The translations under genes and the position numbers were made by a program. 64,000 bases of DNA. Origin: an uncultured delta proteobacterium. Its GTDB lineage: Bacteria; Desulfobacterota; Binatia; UBA9968. This document shows, piece after piece, positions 50,792 through 59,835 of the stretch (position 1 is its first letter; the number at the start of each line of letters is the position of its first letter). The notes under the pieces are model-generated. The model was not told the origin of the DNA, did not search any database, and was given only the letters and a program-made list of their open reading frames with translations. Where the stretch lies: positions 1-64,000 of the forward strand of contig CAVUVW010000025.1 of NCBI GenBank assembly GCA_963745035.1, written 5' to 3'.

Positions 50792-52003
50792 TCGTATCGG
50801 AGCGCATCGATGGGATCGAGATTCGCCGCCTTTTTGGCGGGATAGAAGCCGAAGAAAATACCCACGGCGCCGGAGAACACAAAGGCGATGACGACGATGG
50901 ACGGATCGATGAGGGTCGGCCACTGCGCCCAATCTTTGAGGATCTCCGAGCTGCCGATACCGAGCAGGACGCCGATCACACCCCCGGTGGCGGCCATCAC
51001 CACCGCCTCGACGAGAAATTGCAGCATGATATCGCGGCTGCGCGCGCCGACGGCCATGCGGATACCGATCTCGCGGGTGCGCTCGGTCACGGACACGAGC
51101 ATGATGTTCATGATGCCGATGCCGCCGACCAGCAGGGAGATCGACGCCACGCTGCCGAGCAGCACCGCCATCACGCGGGCGCTGGTCGTGGCCGCCTCGG
51201 CGATATCGGACAGATTGCGCACGTTGAAATCGTCGTCGCGATCGGAACCGATGCGGTGGCGCTGGCGCAGGAGCGAAGTGATTTGCTCTTCGGCCTCCGC
51301 CACGCGCTCCGCGCTGACGGCCTTGACGACGATGCTTTGCAGCCAGGTGATGCGCATGAGCCGTTTCTGCATGGTCGTGTACGGAACCATCACCGTATCG
51401 TCTTGGTCCGTACCCTGGCCGGTCTGCCCTTTCGCCGCGAGCACGCCGACCACGCGAAAGGGGATATTGCGTATCCGGATCACCGCGTCGATGGGATCGT
51501 CGTTGCCGAACAGGTTGCGCACGACGGTTTCGCCGAGCACCACCACCTTGGCGGCGCTTTCCATGTCGCCGTCGTGGAGGAATCGTCCCGAGGCGATCTG
51601 CCACTCGCGGATGTGCTGAAACTCCGGCGCCACTCCCTGTGCGACCGTGCCCCAATTGAGATTTCCCGCGACCAGTTGCTCCGACCGGCGTAGCACCGGC
51701 GAGGCATAGGCGACCGCGCGAACTTCGCTCAGAATCGCTCTCGCGTCGCCGTCCACCAATGTATTGACGCTGCCGAAGCCCACGCGCACACCACCCTGAT
51801 TCGGTGCTGCCGGGCATGATGATCAGGACGTTGGTGCCGAGGCTCGCGATCTGCGCGCGAATCGTCGCTTTGGCGCCTTCGCCGATGGCCACCATCGCGA
51901 TCACCGCGCCGACGCCGATGATGATGCCGAGCATGGTCAAAAAGGCGCGCAGCTTGTTGCGCGCCAAAGCGCGCAGTGCGATGCGCAGAGTCATCAGCCA
52001 CAT
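50788..52003 (-). CDS. MacB-family ABC permease; frameshift near 51795
   Basis: [69 protein letters not shown]. Confidence 0.92.
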
Positions 52004-52129
52004 AAGAAGACCAGAATGCAAAAGTAAAAAAGCAAGCCCAGGACTCGGGTTTGTAACCAATGGCTTTCTCGGGCAGCGCTTACGCTTCGGTAATCTCGGT
52101 TCCACATGCCGATCATCGGTCGCTCTACT

Positions 52130-52843
52130 TCAAACGGCCGGTCGATCCCAGCTTACAAGCTTGCGCTCGTCGGAGACGATCAGGCCGTCTTTGAATAGCA
52201 CGCTGCGCTGCGCGTAGTCGGCGATGTCGTGCTCGTGGGTGACCAGAACGACGGTCATGCGCTGTTCGGCGTTGAGCCGTTGGAACAAGGTCATGATTTC
52301 ATGGCTGGTCGCAGAGTCGAGATTGCCGGTCGGCTCATCGGCGAGAATCAAGGACGGGCGATTGACCAGCGCTCTGGCGATCGCGACACGCTGCTGCTGG
52401 CCGCCGGAAAGCTGGTTCGGCATGTGATCGAGACGCTGCGCGAGCCCGACGAGCGAGAGGACTTCGACCGCGCGCTCCCTGCGCTGGGCGCCCGCCAGCC
52501 CGTTGTACATCGTCGGCAGCTCAACGTTCTCCAAGGCGGTGGTGCGGGTCAGAAGATTGAATCCCTGAAAGACAAAGCCGATGCGTCGATTGCGGATATG
52601 TGCCCAGTGATCGCGCGACAGCGAGCCGACCTCCTGGCCTTCGAGAAAATAGCGGCCCCGGGTCGGGCGATCGAGGCAGCCCAAAATGTTCATCAAGGTC
52701 GATTTACCGGAGCCCGACGCGCCCATGATCGCGACGAACTCGCCGCCGTCGATCGCCAGGTTGACGCCGCGCAAAGCCGGCACATCGACGTCGCCCATGC
52801 GATAGGTTTTATGCAGGTCCTCGACGCGGATGACTTCGCTCAT
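52130..52843 (-). CDS. MacB/LolD-family ABC ATP-binding protein
   Basis: [39 protein letters not shown]. Confidence 0.95.
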   Translation of the reverse strand: MSEVIRVEDLHKTYRMGDVDVPALRGVNLAIDGGEFVAIMGASGSGKSTLMNILGCLDRPTRGRYFLEGQEVGSLSRDHWAHIRNRRIGFVFQGFNLLTRTTALENVELPTMYNGLAGAQRRERAVEVLSLVGLAQRLDHMPNQLSGGQQQRVAIARALVNRPSLILADEPTGNLDSATSHEIMTLFQRLNAEQRMTVVLVTHEHDIADYAQRSVLFKDGLIVSDERKLVSWDRPAV

Positions 52844-54148
52844 CGAAAGCCGCCCAAGCCGGGCCCACGCTGCGGAGAGGGCTGGAAAGGATTGGCCACC
52901 CCCGGCTGGTTGGCGACCGCCGCGGCGCTCGAAGTCGCGATGATCAGCGGATCGTTCTCGTTGAGCCCGCTGCGCACTTCGGTGCGCGATCCGTCGGTGA
53001 TGCCGAGTTGAACTTCGACCGGCTGGGCTTTATTGTCCTTCAGCAGATAAACGGTAGCACGCCGGTTGCCTCTCGCGCCGCCCGCGCCACCGCCCGCCCC
53101 CGCGGCGCGGCTCGTTCGTCGCGTGCCGACGGGTTTGGCCACCCGGCTCCGTTCCTGGCGCAAGATGTCCTCCGCCTCGTCTTTCTGGTCCGGCGGTTTA
53201 AAGCGCATCGCCATGTTGGGGATCGTCAGGATGTCTTCCTGCCGGCTCACCAGGAACTGCACGTTGGCGGTCATGCCGGGCTTGAGCAGCAATTCCTTGT
53301 TGTCGATTCGCGCCACGGCGTTGTACGTGACCACGCCCTGGACGTTGACCGGCGCGTGGCGCACCTGGTAGACGTTGCCGCGGAAGCGCCGCGCCGGAAA
53401 CGCGTCGACGGTGAACGTGACTTCCTGACCCTCCCAAACATTGCCGACGTCGGCCTCATCCACGTTGGAATGCACTTCCATCTTGGAGAGGTCGTTGGCG
53501 ATCGTGAACAAGGTCGGCGCCTGCAGCGACGCCGCCACCGTTTGGCCGACGTCGACGTTGCGGGAAATCACCATGCCGTCGACGGGAGAACGAATGGTCG
53601 TATTGTTAAGGTCCACCGAAACTTGATTGATCGCGGCCTGGGCCTGCGCCACCTGGGCTTTATTGACTTCGAGTTGCGCGACCGCGGCGTCGTAGGCGAC
53701 TTGCGCCGCGTCGAGATCGCTTTGCGCCGTCAGCTCGCGCTTGCGCAGCTCGCGCGTTCTCTCCAACGTGCGGCCGGCGTCCTCGACGCTGACCTTGGCC
53801 TTGGCCACGCTCGACTGCGCGGCGATCAAATTGGCCCGCGCCTGATCCACCGCGGCCTTGATACTTGTCCTGATTGAGTTGGGCGACCACCTCACCGGCT
53901 TTCACCTTCGAATTGAAGTTGGCAAAAAGCTTCTCGATGGTTCCGGAAACCTGGCTGCCCACCTGCACCGTGACGCCGGCCTGAAGAGTGCCGGTGGAAG
54001 CGACCACCTGGGTAATGCTGCCGCGCTGCACCGGCACGGTGACGAAAGGAACTTCGTTCGCGCTTTCGCCCAAGCGCCAATAGGCGACCCCGGCGCCGCC
54101 CGCGAGCAGCAGCGGCACTATCATGAACAGAATTTTTTTTGGCTTCAT
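52840..54148 (-). CDS. MacA-like periplasmic adaptor subunit; frameshift near 53862
   Basis: N-terminal [44 protein letters not shown]. Confidence 0.9.
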
Positions 54149-54621
54149 GGCGTGTCGCGCAGCAGGCGAAATACTTTGCTTGCAAAGTCGTTCGGATCGC
54201 GCTTGCTCAGGCGCCTGTATGTCAGCCCGGTGGTGATCTCGGCGTTGGCTTCCTGGTCCTCGATCACTTCTTCGAGAGCGATGCGAAACCGCGATACCGG
54301 GGCGGCGCCGGTCATCTGATACTCGAGCTCGCGCGCGCTGCCCTTGAGATAATAATTGACCTGATAGTCGCTTACCATGAGCGTGATCTTTCCCGCCCGC
54401 CGCAGGTTCTTCGCCGTCGAGCTGTCCTTCCACACCGCGGTGTCGAGAGACGCGGGATCTTTGGCGACGAGCTCATAGTAAGACAATAGCGCCGGGTGCG
54501 CCCAGCCGCCCTCATCGAGGGTAAAGACCGGAATGATTTTGCCTTCATGCGTCTCGATCTGCGCGCCGGCTAAGCGCTCGAACAGCGCCGGCGTCAGTTC
54601 TTTTCCCAAAAGTTGCGACAT
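54145..54621 (-). CDS. PNPOx-like FMN-binding split-barrel protein (candidate prFMN maturase)
   Basis: TLDEGGWAHPALLS, SSTAKNLRRAGKITL, YYLKG; GAGG RBS; ATGA overlap with the adaptor gene. Confidence 0.75.
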   Translation of the reverse strand: MSQLLGKELTPALFERLAGAQIETHEGKIIPVFTLDEGGWAHPALLSYYELVAKDPASLDTAVWKDSSTAKNLRRAGKITLMVSDYQVNYYLKGSARELEYQMTGAAPVSRFRIALEEVIEDQEANAEITTGLTYRRLSKRDPNDFASKVFRLLRDTP

Positions 54622-55124
54622 GATCGACCTCTTGCTCGTCCAACGGCGCTTATATGCGCCAGCTCGAGCTCCTGTCTTTTGCCGAACCCCTGCGCGTTGT
54701 CGATGAAGAAAACTTTCTCCGGCGCCACCCGATAGAACTTCACCTTGAGAAAGGCTTTGTGAAAAATGCCGCTCGACGGATCGGTGAAGAGCCGGATCAC
54801 GTCGGCATACTTGCGCGCGTAGACCGCCATCGCCTGGGCTTTCTCGATGACGCCATCGACCGGCATGACTTTGCCTTCGAGCTGAATGCCCTGGATCGCG
54901 CGCCAATCCTTGTAGTCTTCCTGCACCGTCACCGCGACGCGGGAATTGGCCGAAAGGTTGACCGAGTGGCGCGCGTCGGGGGAGGAAAAAAAATAGAGCT
55001 GCAAATCGTCGCTCGCGTAGAAAACCGTCGCCGCCCACGGCACGTCGCCGGCGCAGGTCGCCAAAGTCATGGTGTTATGCGCCTGGAGGTAGTCGAGAAT
55101 CTGCCGTTTTAGTTCCCGAGACAT
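54594..55124 (-). CDS. PNPOx-like split-barrel protein (UPF0306/YhbP-like)
   Basis: HNTMTLAT, PWAATVFYA, YFFSSPDARHSVNL, IQGIQLEG, FIDNAQGFGKR. Confidence 0.85.
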   Translation of the reverse strand: MSRELKRQILDYLQAHNTMTLATCAGDVPWAATVFYASDDLQLYFFSSPDARHSVNLSANSRVAVTVQEDYKDWRAIQGIQLEGKVMPVDGVIEKAQAMAVYARKYADVIRLFTDPSSGIFHKAFLKVKFYRVAPEKVFFIDNAQGFGKRQELELAHISAVGRARGRSCRNFWEKN

Positions 55125-55169
55125 CGTTGCCCCCGCGGCCGCCATTCGAGCAAACCGGCTAACGGCCGA

Positions 55170-56226
55170 TCAAGGCCGCCCAACCCGCGCCAGCGAAACC
55201 CGGCTCAATTCGCCAAGGTCTTTGGCGCCGACGCAGAGCATGCTGACTTTGAGCTCATGGATCACACCGGCTAGCAATTCTACCACCTTGTCGGCAGACT
55301 CCAAAGCCGCCTCCAACAAGGGCTGTCCGAGCGCCGCCAGATTCGCTCCGAGGGCGACCGACTTGGCGATATCCACCCCTGTGCGAATGCCGCCAGAGGC
55401 AATGAGCGGCATATCCGGCAGGGCTTTGCGCACGCTGATCAGCGCCTCCTCGGTGGGAATCCCCCAGTCGATAAACGCCGTGTCGGCGCGCCCGCCCCGC
55501 TTGGCGGCGCGCTGCGCCTCGACCGCCGACCAGGAGGTGCCGCCTTTGCCGGCGATATCGATGGCCGCGACCCCGGCGCGCTGCAAGTCGCTCGGCGACG
55601 TCGACCGAGATGCCGTTCCCGACTTCCTTGGCGATGACCGGCAGATCGAGCTCACGGCACACCGCCGCGATCTTCGCGGTCAATCCCTTGAAGTTTCGGT
55701 TGCCCTCGATCTGCACCGCTTCCTGGAGAACGTTTAGATGAAGAATCAGGCCGTCGGCGCCGATCATCGCCGCGGCGCGCCGGCATTGCTCGATACCGTA
55801 GCCGTAGTTGAGCTGTACGGCGCCGAGATTGCCGAAAAGTAAAATGTCGGGCGCCACGTCGCGCACCTGAAACGTGGTTTCCGCCGAAGGTTCCTCGACG
55901 GCGACGCGCTGCGAGCCGACGCCCATGGCTAAGCCCAAGGTCTGGGCCGCCGCCGCCAGATTGCGATTCACTTTGCGGGCAAGATCGAACCCGCCGGTCA
56001 TCGAGGAAATGAGGATCGGTGCCCGGAGCCGCTTGCCGAGGAAGACGGTACCGATATCGATCTCATCGATGTCGAGCTCGGGGAGCGCATTATGCACGAA
56101 GCGGTAGGCTTCCAGTCCCGTGGTCGAAGGACCGGCGACCCGCTCCGTGTCCAGACAGAGCTCGAGGTGCTCCTTTTTGCGTTTTTGGGTTTGCGTGAGG
56201 GCGCTCTTGGCCCTGCGGGTCGCCAT
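55170..56226 (-). CDS. fni: Type 2 isopentenyl-diphosphate isomerase (FMN-dependent IDI-2); frameshift near 55590
   Basis: [61 protein letters not shown]. Confidence 0.95.
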
Positions 56227-56247
56227 GATCGCGGAGCGCCGGATCGG

Positions 56248-56901
56248 TCACCGCTGCTTCTTTGCGGCTTGGCGATCTTTAATCGCGGCGACGGTGGGAG
56301 CCTTGGCCGCGTCGGGGTGACGGCTCATGCCCGCGTCGTCCCAGCGATGAAAAAGTTTAACGTCGATGTCGAATTGATCGAGGATGCGGGCCACCGTCTG
56401 ATTGATGATGTCATCCAATGTCTTTGGGCGATGGTAGAAAGCGGGCACGGGCGGAAAAATCATCGCGCCCATTTTCGTAAGCGATACCATCGCTTCCAGA
56501 TGACCGAGGTGAAGCGGCGTCTCGCGCACCACGAGAACCAGTTTTTTCCGTTCCTTTAAGACTACGTCGGCGGCGCGCACGAGCAGATCCCCGCCGAGTG
56601 AGTGGGCGATGCCGCCCATGGATTTCATCGAGCACGGCGCGATCACCATGCCTGCCGTGCGAAACGAGCCGCTGGAAATACTCGCACCGACGTTGTTGAC
56701 GTCGTGCACCACGTCGGCCATGGCTTCGACGTCCTTCACCGAGTAAGGGGTTTCCACCTGAATCGTCATCTTCCCGGCTTTGCTCAAGACCAGATGCGTT
56801 TCGATGTCCTCGATCTTGGATAAAATTTCGAGCATGCGCACACCGTAAACTGCGCCGGTGGCGCCGGAAATGGCAACGATCAATCGCTTTTGTTTAGTCA
56901 A
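56248..56901 (-). CDS. ubiX: Flavin prenyltransferase
   Basis: ISGATGAVYG, ISSGSF, IAPCSMKS, RAADVVLKER, RETPLHLGHL, PPVPAFYHRP. Confidence 0.96.
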   Translation of the reverse strand: MTKQKRLIVAISGATGAVYGVRMLEILSKIEDIETHLVLSKAGKMTIQVETPYSVKDVEAMADVVHDVNNVGASISSGSFRTAGMVIAPCSMKSMGGIAHSLGGDLLVRAADVVLKERKKLVLVVRETPLHLGHLEAMVSLTKMGAMIFPPVPAFYHRPKTLDDIINQTVARILDQFDIDVKLFHRWDDAGMSRHPDAAKAPTVAAIKDRQAAKKQR

Positions 56902-57311
56902 CTGAGAAACTCCAATGTAATCGCATCGCCGTCGCGCACGCCGAGGTGATCTTTCAAACGCACCGGCGCAACAATTTCGATTTTGTCGCTTGGATAATCT
57001 TTCACTTCAGGAACGAGTATTGCTCCCGCGATTTTTCCGCGATTTTTACCAACGACGCCGAGTATCTCGACCGGATAGAGGCGCGCGTTGCAAAAACCGC
57101 CCTCCTCCGATGCCAGCGGCAAGCCGGCAGATTGCCCTTGCAGGCGCCGCCAAGTCTCCTCATCTTCCGCGGCTTTGGGCCGAACATTGAGCGTGGCAGG
57201 GAACGGCGCAAAGCCAAGGCTCTGTTTGAGCGCAATCTGAACCCAATCAAGAGACATGAACGATCTCGCCAATCCTAAGTCGGAGAAAATGACTCCGGTC
57301 ATGCGCGTCAT
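56898..57311 (-). CDS. ribK: Archaeal-type CTP-dependent riboflavin kinase (DUF120), no HTH domain
   Basis: GVIFSDLGLARSFMSL, LGFAPFPATLNV, IEIVAPVRLKDHLGVRDGD match the archaeal RibK pattern GxVxSGLGEG..LGFxPYPGTLN..EIIAPxxLR..LxDGD. Confidence 0.8.
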   Translation of the reverse strand: MTRMTGVIFSDLGLARSFMSLDWVQIALKQSLGFAPFPATLNVRPKAAEDEETWRRLQGQSAGLPLASEEGGFCNARLYPVEILGVVGKNRGKIAGAILVPEVKDYPSDKIEIVAPVRLKDHLGVRDGDAITLEFLS

Positions 57312-57321
57312 CTATTCTGCT

Positions 57322-58095
57322 CTAATGACCGGAAAGCGAGGCCGCCGCCCCGCCGCGCCGTACTTTTATGACCTCGCCCAGGATCGCCGCGGCGATCTCG
57401 GCCGGAGTCTCTGTGCCGATGTCCAGGCCGATGGGCGCATAGACTCTTTCGATCAACTCCTCGGAGATCTTGTCCTCGTCGCGAAATCTTTGAAAGCACG
57501 CCTTGATGCGCCGCCGGCTGCCGATCATGCCGATGTATTTTGCCCGGCTCGGCAGCACCACGCGCAGGCAAGGCTCGTCGTAGGCATGGCCGCGGGTGAT
57601 CAGCACGATGTAACACGACGGCGTGAGGGTCATCTCCCTGAGCATCTGCGCCATGTCACCGACCAAGACTTCATCGGCGTCGGGGAAGCGCTCACGATTG
57701 GCGTAGAGCAGACGATCGTCGATCACGATCACGTAAAAATCCAAAACTTTGGCCATCCTGACCAACGGCACCGCGATATGTCCGGCGCCGACCACGATCA
57801 GTTTCGGCGGCGCCGGCATCACTTCGAAAAAGACCTCGAGCTTGGCCCCGGTCTCGGGAACGTCGAGCGCGACGAGCTGAGACTTCTCCGCGCGAAGGCG
57901 CGCGGCGCTTTCCAGGCGGATCGCTTCGACAACGCGCGCATCGCCGATGGTCTCGCCGACCACCTCGTCCTCGCGCAAGAGACACTTCGCGCCGGGTTCG
58001 ACACTCGCTTTGCCTTCGACCTCGACGACGGTGGCCAGGACCGCGGCCGCGCCTTGATCGTTGATCCGAACCAGTTCTTCGGAGAGCGAGCTCAT
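57322..58095 (-). CDS. xdhC: XdhC/CoxF family Moco sulfuration/insertion chaperone (Rossmann-domain subunit)
   Basis: VVGAGHIAVPL, VIDDR, ITRGHAYD, YIGMIGSRRR, YAPIGLDIGTETPAEIA. Confidence 0.9.
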   Translation of the reverse strand: MSSLSEELVRINDQGAAAVLATVVEVEGKASVEPGAKCLLREDEVVGETIGDARVVEAIRLESAARLRAEKSQLVALDVPETGAKLEVFFEVMPAPPKLIVVGAGHIAVPLVRMAKVLDFYVIVIDDRLLYANRERFPDADEVLVGDMAQMLREMTLTPSCYIVLITRGHAYDEPCLRVVLPSRAKYIGMIGSRRRIKACFQRFRDEDKISEELIERVYAPIGLDIGTETPAEIAAAILGEVIKVRRGGAAASLSGH

Positions 58096-58493
58096 TTTCC
58101 GCCGGTCGCCTCTTGATCGCGTTCCTTCCACCAGGGGTCGATAAAGACGTTCATGATGCCGCCGCAAACCGCCGGGCTGTCCGAGGAGATATCGTCGAGC
58201 AGATCCACCCGCACGGTCCTCGGCTTGCGCGTGCGAATGACTTCAACGGCTTCGCGCTTCACGTCCGCTTCGCCGCAGCCGCCGCCAATGGTGCCGAGGA
58301 TTTCGCCCCAGGCGGTCACCACCATCTTGGCGCCGACTTCGCGCGGCGTCGAGCCCTTGGTCGAGACGATCGTCGCCACCGCCAGCGTCTCACCCTTATC
58401 GAGAAACTCTCTCACCTGATGGTAAATCGAGTCCTTCTTCTTGCCTTCCAAATCGGCATCCGTATAACAAGCGCCTGGTCCTGCCATGATCAT
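58092..58493 (-). CDS. XdhC/CoxI N-terminal domain protein
   Basis: ATIVSTKGSTPREVGAKM, GTIGGGCGE, VCGGIMNVFID. Confidence 0.9.
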   Translation of the reverse strand: MIMAGPGACYTDADLEGKKKDSIYHQVREFLDKGETLAVATIVSTKGSTPREVGAKMVVTAWGEILGTIGGGCGEADVKREAVEVIRTRKPRTVRVDLLDDISSDSPAVCGGIMNVFIDPWWKERDQEATGGK

Positions 58494-58521
58494 TCCTCCG
58501 TGTCAGCAAACAAATCGGGTC

Positions 58522-58604
58522 GAGGATGGAGAATGGAGAATAGAGGATCGCAAACTCCAACACGATCTGCTTTATCGATCCTCCATCCTCAATCCTCGAT
58601 CCTC
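58522..58604. repeat. Heptamer-based palindromic element (GAGGATG family)
   Basis: GAGGATG GAGAATG GAGAATA GAGGATCG...CGATCCTC CATCCTC AATCCTC GATCCTC. Confidence 0.75.
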
Positions 58605-58614
58605 TTTTCCCCGC

Positions 58615-59829
58615 TCACGCCACCATCTTCTGCAGCGTCCGCCCCAACGACACCAAGCTATTCACGTTGTGCACCGACAAAAATAAATCCAGATAAGGCA
58701 GCGCCGCCTGCATGCCCTTACAAAGCGGCTCGTAATTTTCGCTGGCCAAAAGCGGATTGAGCCAGATGATTTTCTTTGCGCGCCGCTTGAGGTCCTGCAT
58801 TTCCCGCTCGAGCAGGCTCACATCACCACGGTCCCAGCCGTCGCTGATGATCACGACCACGGTACGATGGGTCACCATGCTCGGCGCGAAGCTGCGATTG
58901 AACGTATGCAGCGAGCGACCGATGTTGGTACCGCCCGACCAGCCCAGGATGCTGCCGGAAATTTTTTCCAGCGCATTGACGATATCCTTGGTGCGAATCA
59001 GATGGGTGATGCGGCTGAGCGACGTGCTGAAAACAAAAGTCTCCACGCCCCAGAGCTCGTTTTGCAAACCGTACATGAACTGAATCAGAAAGCGGCTGTA
59101 ACAGTCCATCGAGCCGCTGACGTCGCAGAGCAGTACGACGCGGGTCTTCTTGATGCGCCTCTTGCGGTGCACCAGCTCGATCACTTCGCCGCCGTACTTC
59201 ATGCTGCGGCGCATGGTCCAGCGCGGATCGACGGTGTTGCCCTTGCGGCCGAGCTTCTTGCGTCGGCTGATCTGGGTGGCGATCTTGGTCGCGATGAGCA
59301 TGATCGCGCGCGCGATGGCGCGGCTCTCTTCGACACCCATCTCGCTGAAGTCCTTGCGGTTCATGAGCTCCTGCGGGCTGTAGGTCGGAACGGCAAACTC
59401 ATCGAGGTTTTCGAGCTGCAAATTTTCGTTCGCCATCGCCTCGGATGCCGCTTCTTCCAAACCGCCCTCTTCATCGCCGCCCTCGGGCGCATCCGACTCC
59501 GTCGGCGTGCCTTGGATTTCCATGGTCTCCATCGGCATGCGCTCGTAAGTCTGCTCGCGCCAGAAGCAATCGAAGGCCATATCGAAGACCGGAAAATCTT
59601 CCTTTTGCGAGATCAAGTTTGCCCGCAGCAGCGCGCGGAAATCGGCGCGCTCGCCAATATCGACGAGCTCCACCGAGCTGGACGCATCGAGCACCTGGCT
59701 GAGGCTCACTTTGATGCCCAATTGTTTCAGCGCCCGCGCGAACGCCATCACGTTCGGCAAGGTTCCCTTGCCGCGCGCCGATGCCACGCCGCTGACGGCG
59801 CTCGAAACTGTTTCGGGAGTGACGTCCAT
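58615..59829 (-). CDS. coxE: CoxE-like VWA domain protein
   Basis: FARALKQLG, LCDVSGSMD (MIDAS), FVFSTSL, WSGGTNIG, IISDGWDRG, IWLNPL. Confidence 0.9.
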   Translation of the reverse strand: MDVTPETVSSAVSGVASARGKGTLPNVMAFARALKQLGIKVSLSQVLDASSSVELVDIGERADFRALLRANLISQKEDFPVFDMAFDCFWREQTYERMPMETMEIQGTPTESDAPEGGDEEGGLEEAASEAMANENLQLENLDEFAVPTYSPQELMNRKDFSEMGVEESRAIARAIMLIATKIATQISRRKKLGRKGNTVDPRWTMRRSMKYGGEVIELVHRKRRIKKTRVVLLCDVSGSMDCYSRFLIQFMYGLQNELWGVETFVFSTSLSRITHLIRTKDIVNALEKISGSILGWSGGTNIGRSLHTFNRSFAPSMVTHRTVVVIISDGWDRGDVSLLEREMQDLKRRAKKIIWLNPLLASENYEPLCKGMQAALPYLDLFLSVHNVNSLVSLGRTLQKMVA

Positions 59830-59835
59830 AAAACG

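Noticed and set aside
55170-56901. fni + ubiX as an archaeal-type modified mevalonate pathway cluster
   Set aside because: No UbiD-like anhydromevalonate phosphate decarboxylase, aconitase X, mevalonate kinase or isopentenyl phosphate kinase gene in the window
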